From NCBI GenBank assembly GCA_046331405.1, contig JAXLQX010000004.1, positions 216,207 through 280,206 of the forward strand: DNA of 64,000 bases, in the 5' to 3' direction. The notes below the pieces were generated by a model, which made no database searches, had not been told where the DNA came from, and was given only the letters and a program-made list of their open reading frames with translations. The DNA is from Thermoanaerobaculia bacterium (GTDB lineage: Bacteria > Acidobacteriota > Thermoanaerobaculia > Multivoradales > SZUA-115). Below, piece after piece: positions 50,100 through 60,191 of this stretch (position 1 is the stretch's first letter; every line of letters starts with the position of its first letter). Position numbers and translations under genes: made by a program.

Positions 50100-51518
50100 T
50101 TGAGCGAGACCCGAATCGAGAAAGACAGCCTGGGACCGATCGAGGTTCCGTCGAAGGCTTATTACGGCGCCCAGACCGAGCGGGCGCGGCGCAATTTCCC
50201 CGTTTCCGGCCTCACCTTCCCGCCGCGGTTCTTGAACGCTCTCGCGCGGATCAAGCGCGAGGCCGCGACGGTGAACGAGGAGATGGGGATCGTCCCGGCC
50301 GAGCTCGCGGCGGCCATCCGCGGGGCGGCCGACGAGGTGATCGCCGGCCAGAGGAACGGCGACTTCCCCCTCGACATCTTCCAGACCGGCTCCGGCACCT
50401 CCACGAACATGAACGCCAACGAGGTGCTGGCCAACCGGGCGATCGAGATCCTGGGCGGGGTGATGGGCTCGAAGTCCCCGGTGCACCCGAACGATCACGT
50501 CAATGCCGGCCAATCCTCCAACGACACCATCCCCACGGCCATCCACGTCTCGGCCTACAGCGCCATCGCCGAAGACCTCGAGCCGGCCCTCGTCCGCCTC
50601 GCCGAGGCGCTCGAGAAGAAGGCCGCGGAGTTCGACGACGCCGTGAAGATCGGCCGCACCCACCTGCAGGACGCCGTGCCTGTGCGCCTGGGCCAGGAGT
50701 TCTCCGGCTACGCCCAGCAGGTGAGAAACGGCATCGCCCGACTCGAGGCCGCCCAGCCCCGGCTGGCCGAACTCGCGCTCGGCGGCACCGCGGTGGGCAC
50801 CGGCCTGAACGCCCCGCCGGGCTTCGCCGATAAGGTGATCGAGCGCCTCGCCCAGGCCACCGGCCATCCCTTCGTGCCGGCCCCCAACCGCTTCGAGGCC
50901 CTGGCCGCCAAGGACGCCTGCGTGGAAGCCTCCGGGGCCCTGAAAACGGTGGCTACCTCGCTCGCCAAGATCGCCAACGATCTGCGCTGGCTGGGCAGCG
51001 GGCCGCGCTGCGGCCTGGGCGAGATCCTGCTGCCGAGCCTGCAGCCGGGCAGCTCGATCATGCCCGGCAAGGTGAACCCGGTGATTCCCGAGATGGTGTT
51101 GATGGTGGCCGCCCAGGTGGCCGGCAACGACACCACCATCACCCTGGCCGGCATGGCGGGCAACTTCGAGCTCAACGTGATGATGCCGGTGCTCGCCTAT
51201 AACCTGCTGCAGTCGATCGAGATCCTCGCCAACGCCGCCAAGCTGCTGGACGAGCGCTGCGTGCGGGGGCTCGAGGCCGACCGCGACCGCGCCCGGGAGA
51301 TGGTGGAGAAGTCCCTCGCGATGTGCACGGCGCTCGCCCCCAAGATCGGCTACGACGAAGCGGCGGCGATCGCCAAGGAGGCCTACGCCACCGGCCGCAC
51401 CGTGCGCGAGGTGGCCCGGGAGCGCAAGGTGCTGCCGGACGCCGAGCTCGACGAAGTGCTGGATCCGTGGTCGATGACCGAGGGCGGCGTGCTGGGCGAG
51501 GGGCTCCTCGGCGGCTAG
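50100..51518 (+). CDS. fumC: class II fumarate hydratase (fumarase C / aspartase superfamily)
   Basis: TTG start (MSETRIEKDSLGPIEVPSKAYYGAQTERARRNF) after GGAGAGAG. Fumarate-lyase signature GSSIMPGKVNP; ~470 aa. Aspartate ammonia-lyase cannot be excluded by eye. Confidence 0.8.
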   Translation: MSETRIEKDSLGPIEVPSKAYYGAQTERARRNFPVSGLTFPPRFLNALARIKREAATVNEEMGIVPAELAAAIRGAADEVIAGQRNGDFPLDIFQTGSGTSTNMNANEVLANRAIEILGGVMGSKSPVHPNDHVNAGQSSNDTIPTAIHVSAYSAIAEDLEPALVRLAEALEKKAAEFDDAVKIGRTHLQDAVPVRLGQEFSGYAQQVRNGIARLEAAQPRLAELALGGTAVGTGLNAPPGFADKVIERLAQATGHPFVPAPNRFEALAAKDACVEASGALKTVATSLAKIANDLRWLGSGPRCGLGEILLPSLQPGSSIMPGKVNPVIPEMVLMVAAQVAGNDTTITLAGMAGNFELNVMMPVLAYNLLQSIEILANAAKLLDERCVRGLEADRDRAREMVEKSLAMCTALAPKIGYDEAAAIAKEAYATGRTVREVARERKVLPDAELDEVLDPWSMTEGGVLGEGLLGG

Positions 51519-51521
51519 GTC

Positions 51522-52418
51522 TTGGAACGACGCGCGCTCGGCGCCACCGGCATGGAGGTTTCCGTTCTCGGGCTCGGCGCCTGGGAGATCGGGCTCGAGC
51601 GTCGCTCGCTGGCCGAGGTGGAGGCCATCCTGGGCGGCGCCCTGGACGCCGGCCTGAACGTGGTCGACACCGCCTCGGCCTACTTCGACAGCGAGGAGCT
51701 GCTCGGCCGCGCCCTGGGAGCTCGCCGCGCGCAGCTCTACCTCTTCACCAAATGCGGCCCCACGGACGGTTTCTCGCGCTCGGATTGGAGCGCCGCGGGC
51801 CTGCGCCGGCAGATCGAGCAGAGTCTGCGCCGGCTGCGCACCGATCGCCTGGACCTGATCCAGCTGCACAGCTGCAGCCTCGAAGTGCTCGCCCGCGGCG
51901 AGGCGATCGGCGCCCTGGAGCAGGCGCGACGCGACGGCCTGGTGCGTTTCCTCGGCTACGCCGGCGACGGCGAACCGGCCCGCTGGGCGGTCGCGAGCGG
52001 GCGCTTCCAGGTGCTCCAGACCTCGCTCTCGATCGCCGACCAAGAGGCCTTGAGCCTCACCCTGCCGCTCGCTCGAGAGCGCGGCATGGGCGTGGTGGCC
52101 AAGAGGCCGATCGCCAACGTGGTCTGGCGGCTGCCGGCCGAGAAGGTGGAGCCCTACTACCGTGGCTACTGGCAGCGGCTGCGCAAACTGGCCTATCCCT
52201 TCCTGGCGGCAAGCCTCGACGAGGCGGTGGGTACCGCCCTGCGTTACACCCTGAGCTGGCCCGGAGTGGCCACCGCCCTCGTCGGCACCGGCAAGCCAGG
52301 GCGGTTCGAGCAGAACGCGGCCCTCCTCGCCGCCGGGCCCTCGCCGGAAGCCGAGCAGGAGGCTATCCGCCGTCGCTGGCTCGAGGTGGCCGGGCCGGAT
52401 TGGGTGGGCGAGGTTTGA
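51522..52418 (+). CDS. aldo/keto reductase family oxidoreductase
   Basis: MERRALGATGMEVSVLGLGAWEIG...LDAGLNVVDTASAY AKR N-terminal pattern; TTG start; 298 aa. Confidence 0.8.
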   Translation: MERRALGATGMEVSVLGLGAWEIGLERRSLAEVEAILGGALDAGLNVVDTASAYFDSEELLGRALGARRAQLYLFTKCGPTDGFSRSDWSAAGLRRQIEQSLRRLRTDRLDLIQLHSCSLEVLARGEAIGALEQARRDGLVRFLGYAGDGEPARWAVASGRFQVLQTSLSIADQEALSLTLPLARERGMGVVAKRPIANVVWRLPAEKVEPYYRGYWQRLRKLAYPFLAASLDEAVGTALRYTLSWPGVATALVGTGKPGRFEQNAALLAAGPSPEAEQEAIRRRWLEVAGPDWVGEV

Positions 52419-52558
52419 GCCGCGCCGCGCCGATTCAGTAACGACGGCTGGGTTGCCGTCGCCTTCGTTCTCAGCGGTGCCTCGCGCCGCTGGCTGTGAT
52501 TTCCCGGATCTGTCAAGATGATAGAGAAACGCCTTACGGCTGAAGGGAGGCTGTTGCC

Positions 52559-53644
52559 ATGATTTCGCAAAGACCTCGAGTGTCCCGAGGAGTGCTGACC
52601 CGTTCCTGGCTGGCCGCGGCCGCGCTGCTTCTCGCCGGCGCCGCGCCGACCCTGGCCCAGCCCTTCGGGGTGTGGGTGAACACCAGCGGCCCCACCCAGA
52701 CCGGCCGCATCTCCATCCCCCACAGCGCCGCTCTCAACCCCACCACCGCCACCACGGTGGAGGCCTGGGTGCTGTTCAACTCCGAGGTCGCGGGCGAGGA
52801 TTGCCGCAGCATCGCCGGCAAGGACTACACCGCCGCCTGGTGGATCGGCCGCTGCGGCGGCCAGCTGCGCTCCTACTTCCGGGGCGGCGGCTCGGCCCAT
52901 ACCGGCGGCGTGATTCCCCTCCACCAGTGGACCCACGTGGCGGCCACCACGGACGGCAGCCGAGTGAAGCACTACATCAACGGTGAGCTGGTGCTCGATC
53001 AGCCCGCCGGCGGCTCGCCCACCACCAGCACCGCCGAGATGCGCATTAGCAGCGACGTCTCCTGGGAGCACCCGCCCTCGGGCTCGCTCGATGAGATCCG
53101 CCTGTGGAGTGTGGCCCGCACCGAGGCGCAGATCCGCAGCACGCTCAACGTGCGGGTGAACAGCGCGATGACCGGCCTGGTGGGCGTGTGGCCGCTCGAG
53201 GCCAACGCCAACGACATCATCGGCGGCCACAACGGAGCCGTGGTGGGTACGGGAGTGGTGTTCTTCACCTCGCCCGTCACCCTGACCTGCGGTGCCTCGA
53301 CATCCACGTCGCTGTGCCTGAACGGCCATTTCGCGGTTTCCGCCCGCTTCCGCACCGGGGCCCCAGGAACGGCGGAGAGCCAGGCGCACACGGTGAACTG
53401 CCCCAACCCCGGCTCGGGCCTGTTCTACTTCTTCGCTCCGGACAACTGGGAAGTGATGGTCAAGCTGATCGACGGCTGCGGCCTGAACAGCCGCTTCTGG
53501 CTGTTCTCCGCCGCCACCACCAACGTGTTCTACCGCATGGAAGTCACCGACGTCCGGGCCGGTGAGAACAAGGTGTACTTCAACTACCCCGGCCCGCCGG
53601 CCCCCGCCGTCACCGACGTCAGCGCTTTCGCCACCTGCCCGTAG
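52559..53644 (+). CDS. secreted LamG (concanavalin A-like lectin) domain protein with one copy of the Cys-flanked C-terminal module
   Basis: Signal peptide (LAAAALLLAGAAPTLAQP). Laminin_G_3-like motifs (ATTVEAWVLFNS..., LDEIRLWSVARTEAQI). C-terminal CGASTSTSLCLNGHFAVSARF...FYFFAPDNWEVMVKLIDGCGLNSRFWLF...AFATCP is homologous to the tandem modules of the 39295 gene. Confidence 0.7.
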   Translation: MISQRPRVSRGVLTRSWLAAAALLLAGAAPTLAQPFGVWVNTSGPTQTGRISIPHSAALNPTTATTVEAWVLFNSEVAGEDCRSIAGKDYTAAWWIGRCGGQLRSYFRGGGSAHTGGVIPLHQWTHVAATTDGSRVKHYINGELVLDQPAGGSPTTSTAEMRISSDVSWEHPPSGSLDEIRLWSVARTEAQIRSTLNVRVNSAMTGLVGVWPLEANANDIIGGHNGAVVGTGVVFFTSPVTLTCGASTSTSLCLNGHFAVSARFRTGAPGTAESQAHTVNCPNPGSGLFYFFAPDNWEVMVKLIDGCGLNSRFWLFSAATTNVFYRMEVTDVRAGENKVYFNYPGPPAPAVTDVSAFATCP

Positions 53645-53701
53645 GCCCGGCGGAACGAGCTCGGCGAGCGGAGTCCTTCCGCTCGCCGAGTCGGTTGGCG
53701 G

Positions 53702-56092
53702 CTAGGGGAAGCTCGAAGCCCAGGCCGAGGTGTTCCCGCTCTCGAAGCCGTCCAGGAAAATCGACGACACCGAGGTGCCCACGATCCCCACCGGCATGTG
53801 GGTATCCGGCACGGCGGCGTTGTTGGGCGTAAGCACCAGCTGGCCGAACTGGTAGCTGCCGAGGGGCAAGAGGTAGCTCACGAAGGCGTCGACGGTGATC
53901 GTCTGCGTGGCCCCGGCGGCGAGAGTGAAGCTCGAGGGGGTGGCGCGGATCACCAGGCCTGCCGGGCCCAGCTTCGAAGCGGTCCAGGTGAGGCTGCCGG
54001 TGGTGGCGTTCTTCACCGTGCGGGTCCAGGAGCAATGCCCGGCGCAAGCGCTGTGGTCGAAGCTCGCGATGTTGAGCGTGCGCGGGTTGCCGCCCATGCC
54101 CGGATCGGCCGCCAGGAAGTTGGCCTGGGTCTCGTGGAGGATCAAGCCGGCGCGCCCGGCCCGGGTGAGCTCCACTCGGCCGGCGCCCATGTCGTTGGGG
54201 TCGGCGGGGGTCAGCCCATCCTCCTTGAGCACGGTCAGATCCGAGGTGGTCATCAGCGCCGACTTCACCTCCGGAGGCGTCCAGCTGGGGTGGAGCGAGC
54301 GCACCAGGAGGGCCGAGCCGGCGGTGTGCGGGCTCGACATCGAGGTGCCGGAGAGCAGGCCGAAATCCGGCGTGAAGTTGGCCACCGAAGCCTCGTGGAC
54401 GGCGGCGATGATGTTCACGCCCGGGTTGGCCACATCGGGCTTGAGCACGTCGAAGGAAGTGTTCGGGCCGCGGGAGCTGAAGGAGGCCAGGATGTCGGCC
54501 ACCGCCGGGTCGGTAACGATCGCCGAGGCGGTGATGGTGCCGGTATGGCCGCTGCCCGAGGCGAGCCAGGTGCGCAGCGCGTTGGCCGGGGCCTGGTCCA
54601 CGTGGATCGCCGGCAGGATGTGCGGGTCGGCCACGGTGCCGGTCTCGGTCAAGTTGCCGAGGATGCAGCCGGAAGCGCTGCCGGCGGCGACGTTGGCGCA
54701 TTTGGTCACCCGCGCGATGCCCTGGCCGCGGTCGCACATCACGATCTTGCCGGTGAAAGTGCCGCCGGCGAAGGGCGCGCTGCACTGGCCGTCCAGCGGG
54801 TCCCCCGGCGGGAAGGCGTCGAAGTCGCGGGCGTGGACGATCGGCAGCGGGCCGATGGCGCCGGTTCTCGAGGTGCCCTGCATGTCGGCCGGAGGCGAGG
54901 TGCCGCCGGTCATGCCGGTCAGGTTGTTGAACACGTTGACCCGGTCGTGGGTGGCAGCCGCCACGGTGATCACCCAGGGGCCGAGGTGGCCCACGGTGGA
55001 GGCCGTGGGGCCCGAGTTGCCGGCGCTCGCCGAGACGAAGACGCCGGCCGCCACGGCGTCGAGGAAGAAGGTGTCGATGTCCCCGCTCCACGGCGTGCCG
55101 CCGCCGCCGATCGAGTAGTTGATCGCGTCCACACCGTCGAGGATCGCCTGATCGGCCGCCGCGGAGGTGGCCGCGAAGGGGCACAGGCCCTGGCCGGAGG
55201 AGTTGGTGTAGCAGGCGTCGTAGGTGATCAGGCTGGCGTGAGGGGCCACGCCGGAGAGGGCCGGGCTGGTGAGGATATTGCCCACCGCCGTCGAGGCGGT
55301 GTGGCTGCCGTGGCCGTTGTCGTCCTCGGGGCCGTCCGCTTCCGAGCAGGTTCCGGGGTTCGCCGTGCAGTAGGCGTCGGTGTAGTCCCAGGCCGCGTAG
55401 AGCTTGTCGTTGCAGGCGTAGGAGGGGTTGTAGTTCGGGTTGGCGGGGTCGCACCAGCCGCCGTAGACGCCCGAGCCCAACGGGTTGACGTAGGTGTAGC
55501 CGTCGCTCGGCGTGGCCGAGTAGGAGGGGTGGTGCATGTTCACGCCGGTGTCGATGTCGCCCAGCACCATGCCTTCGCCCTTGGTCCCCGGCAGGCCGCC
55601 GGTCTGGCTACCGTCCCAGATGGTCGGGGCGCCGATCCAGGTGGGGCCGCGGTCGGTGTCGACGGGCACCTGGTAATCCGGCACCACGCTGCGCACGAAG
55701 CTCTGCTCGGCCACCTGGGAAGCCTCGGCGGGCGAGAGGCGGATCGCCACGCCGTTGCCGGCGGCCCGGTAGGCGAAGAGCACGGGCATCGACCGCGCCA
55801 GCAGATGCTCCAGCGAATCGAGGTGCTGGCGCTGGAGGGTGGCGAGATAGTCGAGGTAGGCGCGGCTCGCCGGGCTCTTGGCGTCGAGTTTCACTTCGCC
55901 GCGGGCCGCGGGGTTGGTGGCCTCCAAGCCTGCCACGCCGCCGGTGTAGCGGGCGAGCGGCGGCTCGCTGAAGAGCACCACGTAGTAGCCCGAGGGCGAT
56001 GCCTGGATGGGGCCGGCCTGAGCGGGCGAGCCGGCGAAGAGGGCCAGGAGAGAGAGAACGACGGAGAGGACCACACGTCTCGGAGTCATCAC
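53702..56092 (-). CDS. secreted subtilisin-like serine protease (peptidase S8) with N-terminal I9 pro-domain, PA-like insert and C-terminal extension
   Basis: Signal peptide MMTPRRVVLSVVLSLLALFAGSPAQA. Catalytic triad motifs VLGDIDTGV (Asp), HGSHTASTAVGN (His), GTSMSSPHTAGSAL (Ser); 796 aa. Confidence 0.88.
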   Translation of the reverse strand: MMTPRRVVLSVVLSLLALFAGSPAQAGPIQASPSGYYVVLFSEPPLARYTGGVAGLEATNPAARGEVKLDAKSPASRAYLDYLATLQRQHLDSLEHLLARSMPVLFAYRAAGNGVAIRLSPAEASQVAEQSFVRSVVPDYQVPVDTDRGPTWIGAPTIWDGSQTGGLPGTKGEGMVLGDIDTGVNMHHPSYSATPSDGYTYVNPLGSGVYGGWCDPANPNYNPSYACNDKLYAAWDYTDAYCTANPGTCSEADGPEDDNGHGSHTASTAVGNILTSPALSGVAPHASLITYDACYTNSSGQGLCPFAATSAAADQAILDGVDAINYSIGGGGTPWSGDIDTFFLDAVAAGVFVSASAGNSGPTASTVGHLGPWVITVAAATHDRVNVFNNLTGMTGGTSPPADMQGTSRTGAIGPLPIVHARDFDAFPPGDPLDGQCSAPFAGGTFTGKIVMCDRGQGIARVTKCANVAAGSASGCILGNLTETGTVADPHILPAIHVDQAPANALRTWLASGSGHTGTITASAIVTDPAVADILASFSSRGPNTSFDVLKPDVANPGVNIIAAVHEASVANFTPDFGLLSGTSMSSPHTAGSALLVRSLHPSWTPPEVKSALMTTSDLTVLKEDGLTPADPNDMGAGRVELTRAGRAGLILHETQANFLAADPGMGGNPRTLNIASFDHSACAGHCSWTRTVKNATTGSLTWTASKLGPAGLVIRATPSSFTLAAGATQTITVDAFVSYLLPLGSYQFGQLVLTPNNAAVPDTHMPVGIVGTSVSSIFLDGFESGNTSAWASSFP

Positions 56093-56254
56093 CTGCTCCT
56101 TCCGGGTCAGGAGAGGCTCCGTGACTCTCGCCTCAGAGCCTCACGGGTGCACGGCGTCGCTGCAGCCGAAGCGGTTGCTGGCGGTTGGACGTTGACTCCA
56201 GCAATGTACTACAGCCTCTCCGGGACTACCAGCAGGCGAGGGGCGGGTTCTGGT

Positions 56255-57133
56255 TCAGCGCTTGCGGTTGCCGTCGTCGTCGTAGTCGTAGATGCCGCGG
56301 CCCGCTTTGCGGCCGATGCGGCCGGCGCGAACGTACTGCACCAGCAGGTTGTTGGGGCGATAGGCCTCGCCCAGGGTGCGGTGCAGGAACTCGAGAATCG
56401 ACAGCCGCACGTCGAGCCCCACCAGGTCCACCATCTCGAAGGGACCCATCGGGTGGTTCAGGCCCAGCTTCAGGGCCTTGTCGATGTCCTCGGCGCTCGC
56501 CACCCCTTCCTGCAGCATGCGGAAGGCCTCGTTGCCGATCAGGGCGTTGATCCGGCTGGTGACGAAGCCCGGGGATTCGTTCACCAGCACCGTCTCCTTG
56601 CCCATGCGATGGGAAACCGCCTTGGCCATCTCCACCGCGCTCTCGGAGGTCTCCAGGCCGCGAATCACTTCCACCAGGCGCATCAGGTGCACCGGGTTGA
56701 AGAAGTGCATGCCGATGAAAGAGCGCGGTCGGTCGGTGCCGGCCGCCATCTCGGTGATCGAGAGCGCCGAGGTGTTGGAGGCGAAGATGGCGCCGGCCGG
56801 GCAGTGTCGGGCCACCTTCTGGAAGATCTCGATCTTCAGGTTCATGGACTCCGGCACCGCCTCGATCACCAGGTCGGCGGCGCCCACGGCATGGCTCAAG
56901 TCGCTCGAGAAGGACAGGCGGCCGGTGGCCGCTGCGGCCACCTCGGCGGCGAGCTTGCCGAGCTCCACACCCTTGTCCAGGTTCTTGCGGATGCGCTTGT
57001 CCGCGCTTTCGAGGGCGGAGGAGTTAACGTCGAAAAGACTGGTGGTGTAGCCGGCCACGGCAGCCACCTGGGCGATGCCCCGGCCCATGGTGCCGGCACC
57101 GAGCACGGCGATGCGGGAGAGGTCGTGACTCAT
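56255..57133 (-). CDS. hbd: 3-hydroxybutyryl-CoA / 3-hydroxyacyl-CoA dehydrogenase
   Basis: IAVLGAGTMGRGIAQVAAVAGY NAD-binding motif; 3HCDH N- and C-terminal domains; 292 aa. Confidence 0.85.
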   Translation of the reverse strand: MSHDLSRIAVLGAGTMGRGIAQVAAVAGYTTSLFDVNSSALESADKRIRKNLDKGVELGKLAAEVAAAATGRLSFSSDLSHAVGAADLVIEAVPESMNLKIEIFQKVARHCPAGAIFASNTSALSITEMAAGTDRPRSFIGMHFFNPVHLMRLVEVIRGLETSESAVEMAKAVSHRMGKETVLVNESPGFVTSRINALIGNEAFRMLQEGVASAEDIDKALKLGLNHPMGPFEMVDLVGLDVRLSILEFLHRTLGEAYRPNNLLVQYVRAGRIGRKAGRGIYDYDDDGNRKR

Positions 57134-57151
57134 GGTTTCGGTGTCCTGGGC

Positions 57152-57811
57152 TTACGAAACGGGAAGGGCCTGGAGGCCGGTGGTTTTTTCGGAGAGCGTG
57201 CGCAGCTCGTCGGCGATGGCGAGAGTGGTGCGGGTGGCGCTCGCCACCAGCTCCTGCAGCTCCGGCGTGGTGGCGTAGCGCTCGAGGATCTGCTGGCCGA
57301 GGGCGCAGTGGTGGGCTTCCTCGGGCTGGATCACCTCGCGGTAGAGCTTTGCGGTTTCCGTGTCCCCCACGGACTCGCAGAAGGCGATGAACTGGCGGTT
57401 GCGCACCTGGGCGATCGCCTCGCTGGTGAACGGGCCGGCGGCGATGCGCTCCACCATGGTGCGCAGGCCCCGCATGTACTGGTAGAGCGGGCTGTGGCCC
57501 TCGGCCAGCGGGTCGAAGTCCGTGAGGTCGACTCCCAGCTCCTCGAGGCGGCGGGCGATCAAGGCGTAGTGGCGCATCTCGTCGCCGCATTGGGCAGCGA
57601 AGACGTGCTTGGCGTCGATCTCGGAAGTCGAGGGCATCCAGGAGCCGGCGAGTTCGCTCGCTTCGAGCTCGCTCGCCAGGGCCAGCTTGAGCAGGGTGAT
57701 CACGTCCATCTGCCCGCCCGATTCGGACTCCAGCGTTTCGTGCTGTCCGAGGTAGGAGAACAGGCGGTCCATCTCGTCGACCAGGCTGGCCACAAAGTCT
57801 TGGCTGTTCAC
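57152..57811 (-). CDS. ferritin-like (diiron, ExxH x2) domain protein
   Basis: GTG 57811 preceded by GAGGAG. DEMRH and EEAHHCALG ExxH motifs, ~220 aa. The ORF-track 905-aa extension upstream of this start is rejected. Confidence 0.5.
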   Translation of the reverse strand: MNSQDFVASLVDEMDRLFSYLGQHETLESESGGQMDVITLLKLALASELEASELAGSWMPSTSEIDAKHVFAAQCGDEMRHYALIARRLEELGVDLTDFDPLAEGHSPLYQYMRGLRTMVERIAAGPFTSEAIAQVRNRQFIAFCESVGDTETAKLYREVIQPEEAHHCALGQQILERYATTPELQELVASATRTTLAIADELRTLSEKTTGLQALPVS

Positions 57812-57858
57812 GGCAGCGGGCTCCTCGGGCGGCGACGGATTGCGCCCGGGGAGGGATT

Positions 57859-60189
57859 CTACCGCGCGGGGCTGCGAGGGCCGGGAGGGGGCAGGGCGAG
57901 GGCGACGACGGCCGTGAGCGCAAGCGCGGCGAGCGCCAGGGCGGGGAGCCAGCTCGAGGGCAGGTAGCGCAGCCGAACCTCGCCGGTCTCGGCCGGCGCC
58001 TCGAAGCCGAGGAAGGCGCTGTCCACCCGCAACGGCTGGAGCCTTCGGCCCTGCGCCACCACTCGCCAGCCGCGGCTCGCGGTGACGCTGCTCGCCACCA
58101 GGCCGGCCCCTGCCGTTTCCAGGCGGAAGCCGTTGGGCTCGACCCTCAGCACCTCGGCCCGGGCCCCGGCGGTGGCCGGGCGAGCCCCCGGCGGCTCCAC
58201 CAGGGCAGCCGTGCCGAAGTCCTCGAGGGTGGTCAGCTCGGTGAGGGCCTGGGCCGAGTCGGCGGCGAGCCGCACCTCCCGCGGGCGGAAGAACAGCGGC
58301 AGAGGCGCCGGGTGTCGCCAGAGCCAGCTGCCCGAGTGCCGGAAGGCGAGCTCCCAGGGCGGGCCGGGCGGGTCGCTGCGGGCGGTGAGCAGGTAGCCCA
58401 CGCGCAGGAAGGGCAGCACCTCGTTCTGGCGGTCCACGGCACCGCGGCGGGCTACGAAGCCGAAGCGGAAGTAGGTGGGTGGCAGCAGCCGCTGCTCGAA
58501 GCGGTCCACCGCGGCCGCGGCCATCGGGTCCCCGGTGCGCGGATCCCACAACCCGTAGAGGGTGTTGAGATGGGGAAGGAAGTTGAAGCCGCGCGCGACC
58601 ACCCGCAGCGGAGCGGGCTCGCTCGCGGCGGCGCGCTCGAGCCATTGGAGGGCGGGAGGTGGAGCCAGGGCGTACTGCGGGGCCACCCGCGGGTTGTAGC
58701 GCAGGCCCAGGAGGCCGAGGTCTACGGCGAGAGCGAGAACGGCGAGCCGCGGCGCCCAGGGCCGCAGGCGGGGCAGGGCGAGGGCCAGGAAGAGGGCCGC
58801 CAGCCCCGCGAGCGTGGCCCACCACCAGGCCTGCTGCCAGCTGACGTGCTCGGGCGGAGGCAGCGCGCCAAGGGCCAGCGTCGCGAGGCCCAGGGCGGCG
58901 AGAGCCGCCGCCCGCTCCCGCCCCAACTTCAGGCGGTCGAGGCCGAAGCCGGCGAGGATCGCCACGGCCAGCACCCAGAGCAGCCGCAGCCGGGCATGGG
59001 GTGCGTGGCCCAGCAGCGGCAGGGCCGTCACCAGCGAGAAGAGTGGCGGTAGCCGGAGCGACACCGCGAGGGCGGCGAGGCCCCCGAGGAGAATCAGCGC
59101 CCCTCGCCGCGAGAAGCCGCCCACCAGCGCCAGGGCCAGCACCAGAAGGCCGGCGTAGCCGGAGGCCATCTCGTTGAAGTTCGAGGGCCCGTTCCAGTTG
59201 CCGTCTCGCGGGCTGCCGAGGTGCAGCGGGTCCACCAGCAGGGCGAGGAGGCCGGGCTCGAAAGGCGGCGGGGCCACGGCCAGCGGGTTCTTCTCGATCG
59301 CCGACCACCGCTGGCTTTCCGGGATCGCCTCGAGCACAGGGAGCAGGGCCGGCGCCGCCAGGGCGAAGGCCAGGGCCGCGCCGGCGGCCAGGCGAGCGAG
59401 CAAGCGGAAGCGCTCTCGGCCCGCTCGGGCCAACAGGCCGAGGCCGGTGAGCCCTCCCACCAGGGCGCCGTAGACGAGAGTCTCCGGATGCCCGGATAGA
59501 GCCATTCCTGTGGCCGGCAGAGTGAGGCCCAGGAGAGCCCGTCCCGCCGCCGAGGAGGCGACGCCCAGAACCCCCAGCACCACCGCCGGCAGCCACATCG
59601 CCGCCATGCCCATGGGGTAGTAGAGCCAGACGACCGAGAAGGTGGAGAAGGCAAAGCTCAGCGCGGCGAGCGCCGCGGCAGCGCCCGAGCCGCCCAGCCG
59701 TCGCAGCAGCAGATGCATGCCCAGGAGCCCCACCAGCAGCTGCCAGGAGGCGGCGAGGCTCATGGCCGCGAGCGGCGGGCGGGGCAGGGCCAGCAGGTGG
59801 AGAGGCGAGAACGGCGCGGACTGGGCGTTGCCCAGGAGGGGCTCGCCGGTGGCGAGCTCGTGGGACCACAGCGGCGGCGAAAGCGCCAGCAGGCGTTCGC
59901 GCACCAGAGCGCGATCCGGCAGCATCTGCAGCAGAGGGTCCGAGAGCAGCTCGTTCTGGGGCCTCAGCTTCTTCTCGAGGGTGCCGCGATAGGGCAGCCA
60001 GGAGTAGGCGATGTCGGTCGCCACGCCGTGGGCCGGAGTGAGCAGCACCGGCGAGAGGAAGGCCAGCACCACCAGCACGTAGGCCGCCCAGGTGCGCCCG
60101 GCGAGCTCCGGCCAGAGCCAGCGAAAGCCGAGGCCCAGAAGCGTCGCGCCGAGCAGGTAAAGAGCCGCGTCGGCGGCGACGCCGGCCAT
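57859..60189 (-). CDS. large polytopic membrane protein (YfhO-like / glycosyltransferase-like, ~13 TM plus periplasmic C-terminal domain)
   Basis: ATG 60189 (MAGVAADAALYLLGATLLGLGFRW...) immediately after the upstream TAG; many hydrophobic helices in the first ~550 aa, then a soluble C-terminal region. Family assignment is tentative. Confidence 0.5.
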   Translation of the reverse strand: MAGVAADAALYLLGATLLGLGFRWLWPELAGRTWAAYVLVVLAFLSPVLLTPAHGVATDIAYSWLPYRGTLEKKLRPQNELLSDPLLQMLPDRALVRERLLALSPPLWSHELATGEPLLGNAQSAPFSPLHLLALPRPPLAAMSLAASWQLLVGLLGMHLLLRRLGGSGAAAALAALSFAFSTFSVVWLYYPMGMAAMWLPAVVLGVLGVASSAAGRALLGLTLPATGMALSGHPETLVYGALVGGLTGLGLLARAGRERFRLLARLAAGAALAFALAAPALLPVLEAIPESQRWSAIEKNPLAVAPPPFEPGLLALLVDPLHLGSPRDGNWNGPSNFNEMASGYAGLLVLALALVGGFSRRGALILLGGLAALAVSLRLPPLFSLVTALPLLGHAPHARLRLLWVLAVAILAGFGLDRLKLGRERAAALAALGLATLALGALPPPEHVSWQQAWWWATLAGLAALFLALALPRLRPWAPRLAVLALAVDLGLLGLRYNPRVAPQYALAPPPALQWLERAAASEPAPLRVVARGFNFLPHLNTLYGLWDPRTGDPMAAAAVDRFEQRLLPPTYFRFGFVARRGAVDRQNEVLPFLRVGYLLTARSDPPGPPWELAFRHSGSWLWRHPAPLPLFFRPREVRLAADSAQALTELTTLEDFGTAALVEPPGARPATAGARAEVLRVEPNGFRLETAGAGLVASSVTASRGWRVVAQGRRLQPLRVDSAFLGFEAPAETGEVRLRYLPSSWLPALALAALALTAVVALALPPPGPRSPAR

Positions 60190-60191
60190 GG

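Noticed and set aside
53798-57967. 1389-aa plus-strand ORF spanning the S8 protease, hbd and ferritin-like genes in antisense
   Set aside because: Spans three well-supported minus-strand genes; Gly/Arg/Ala-rich, no domains.
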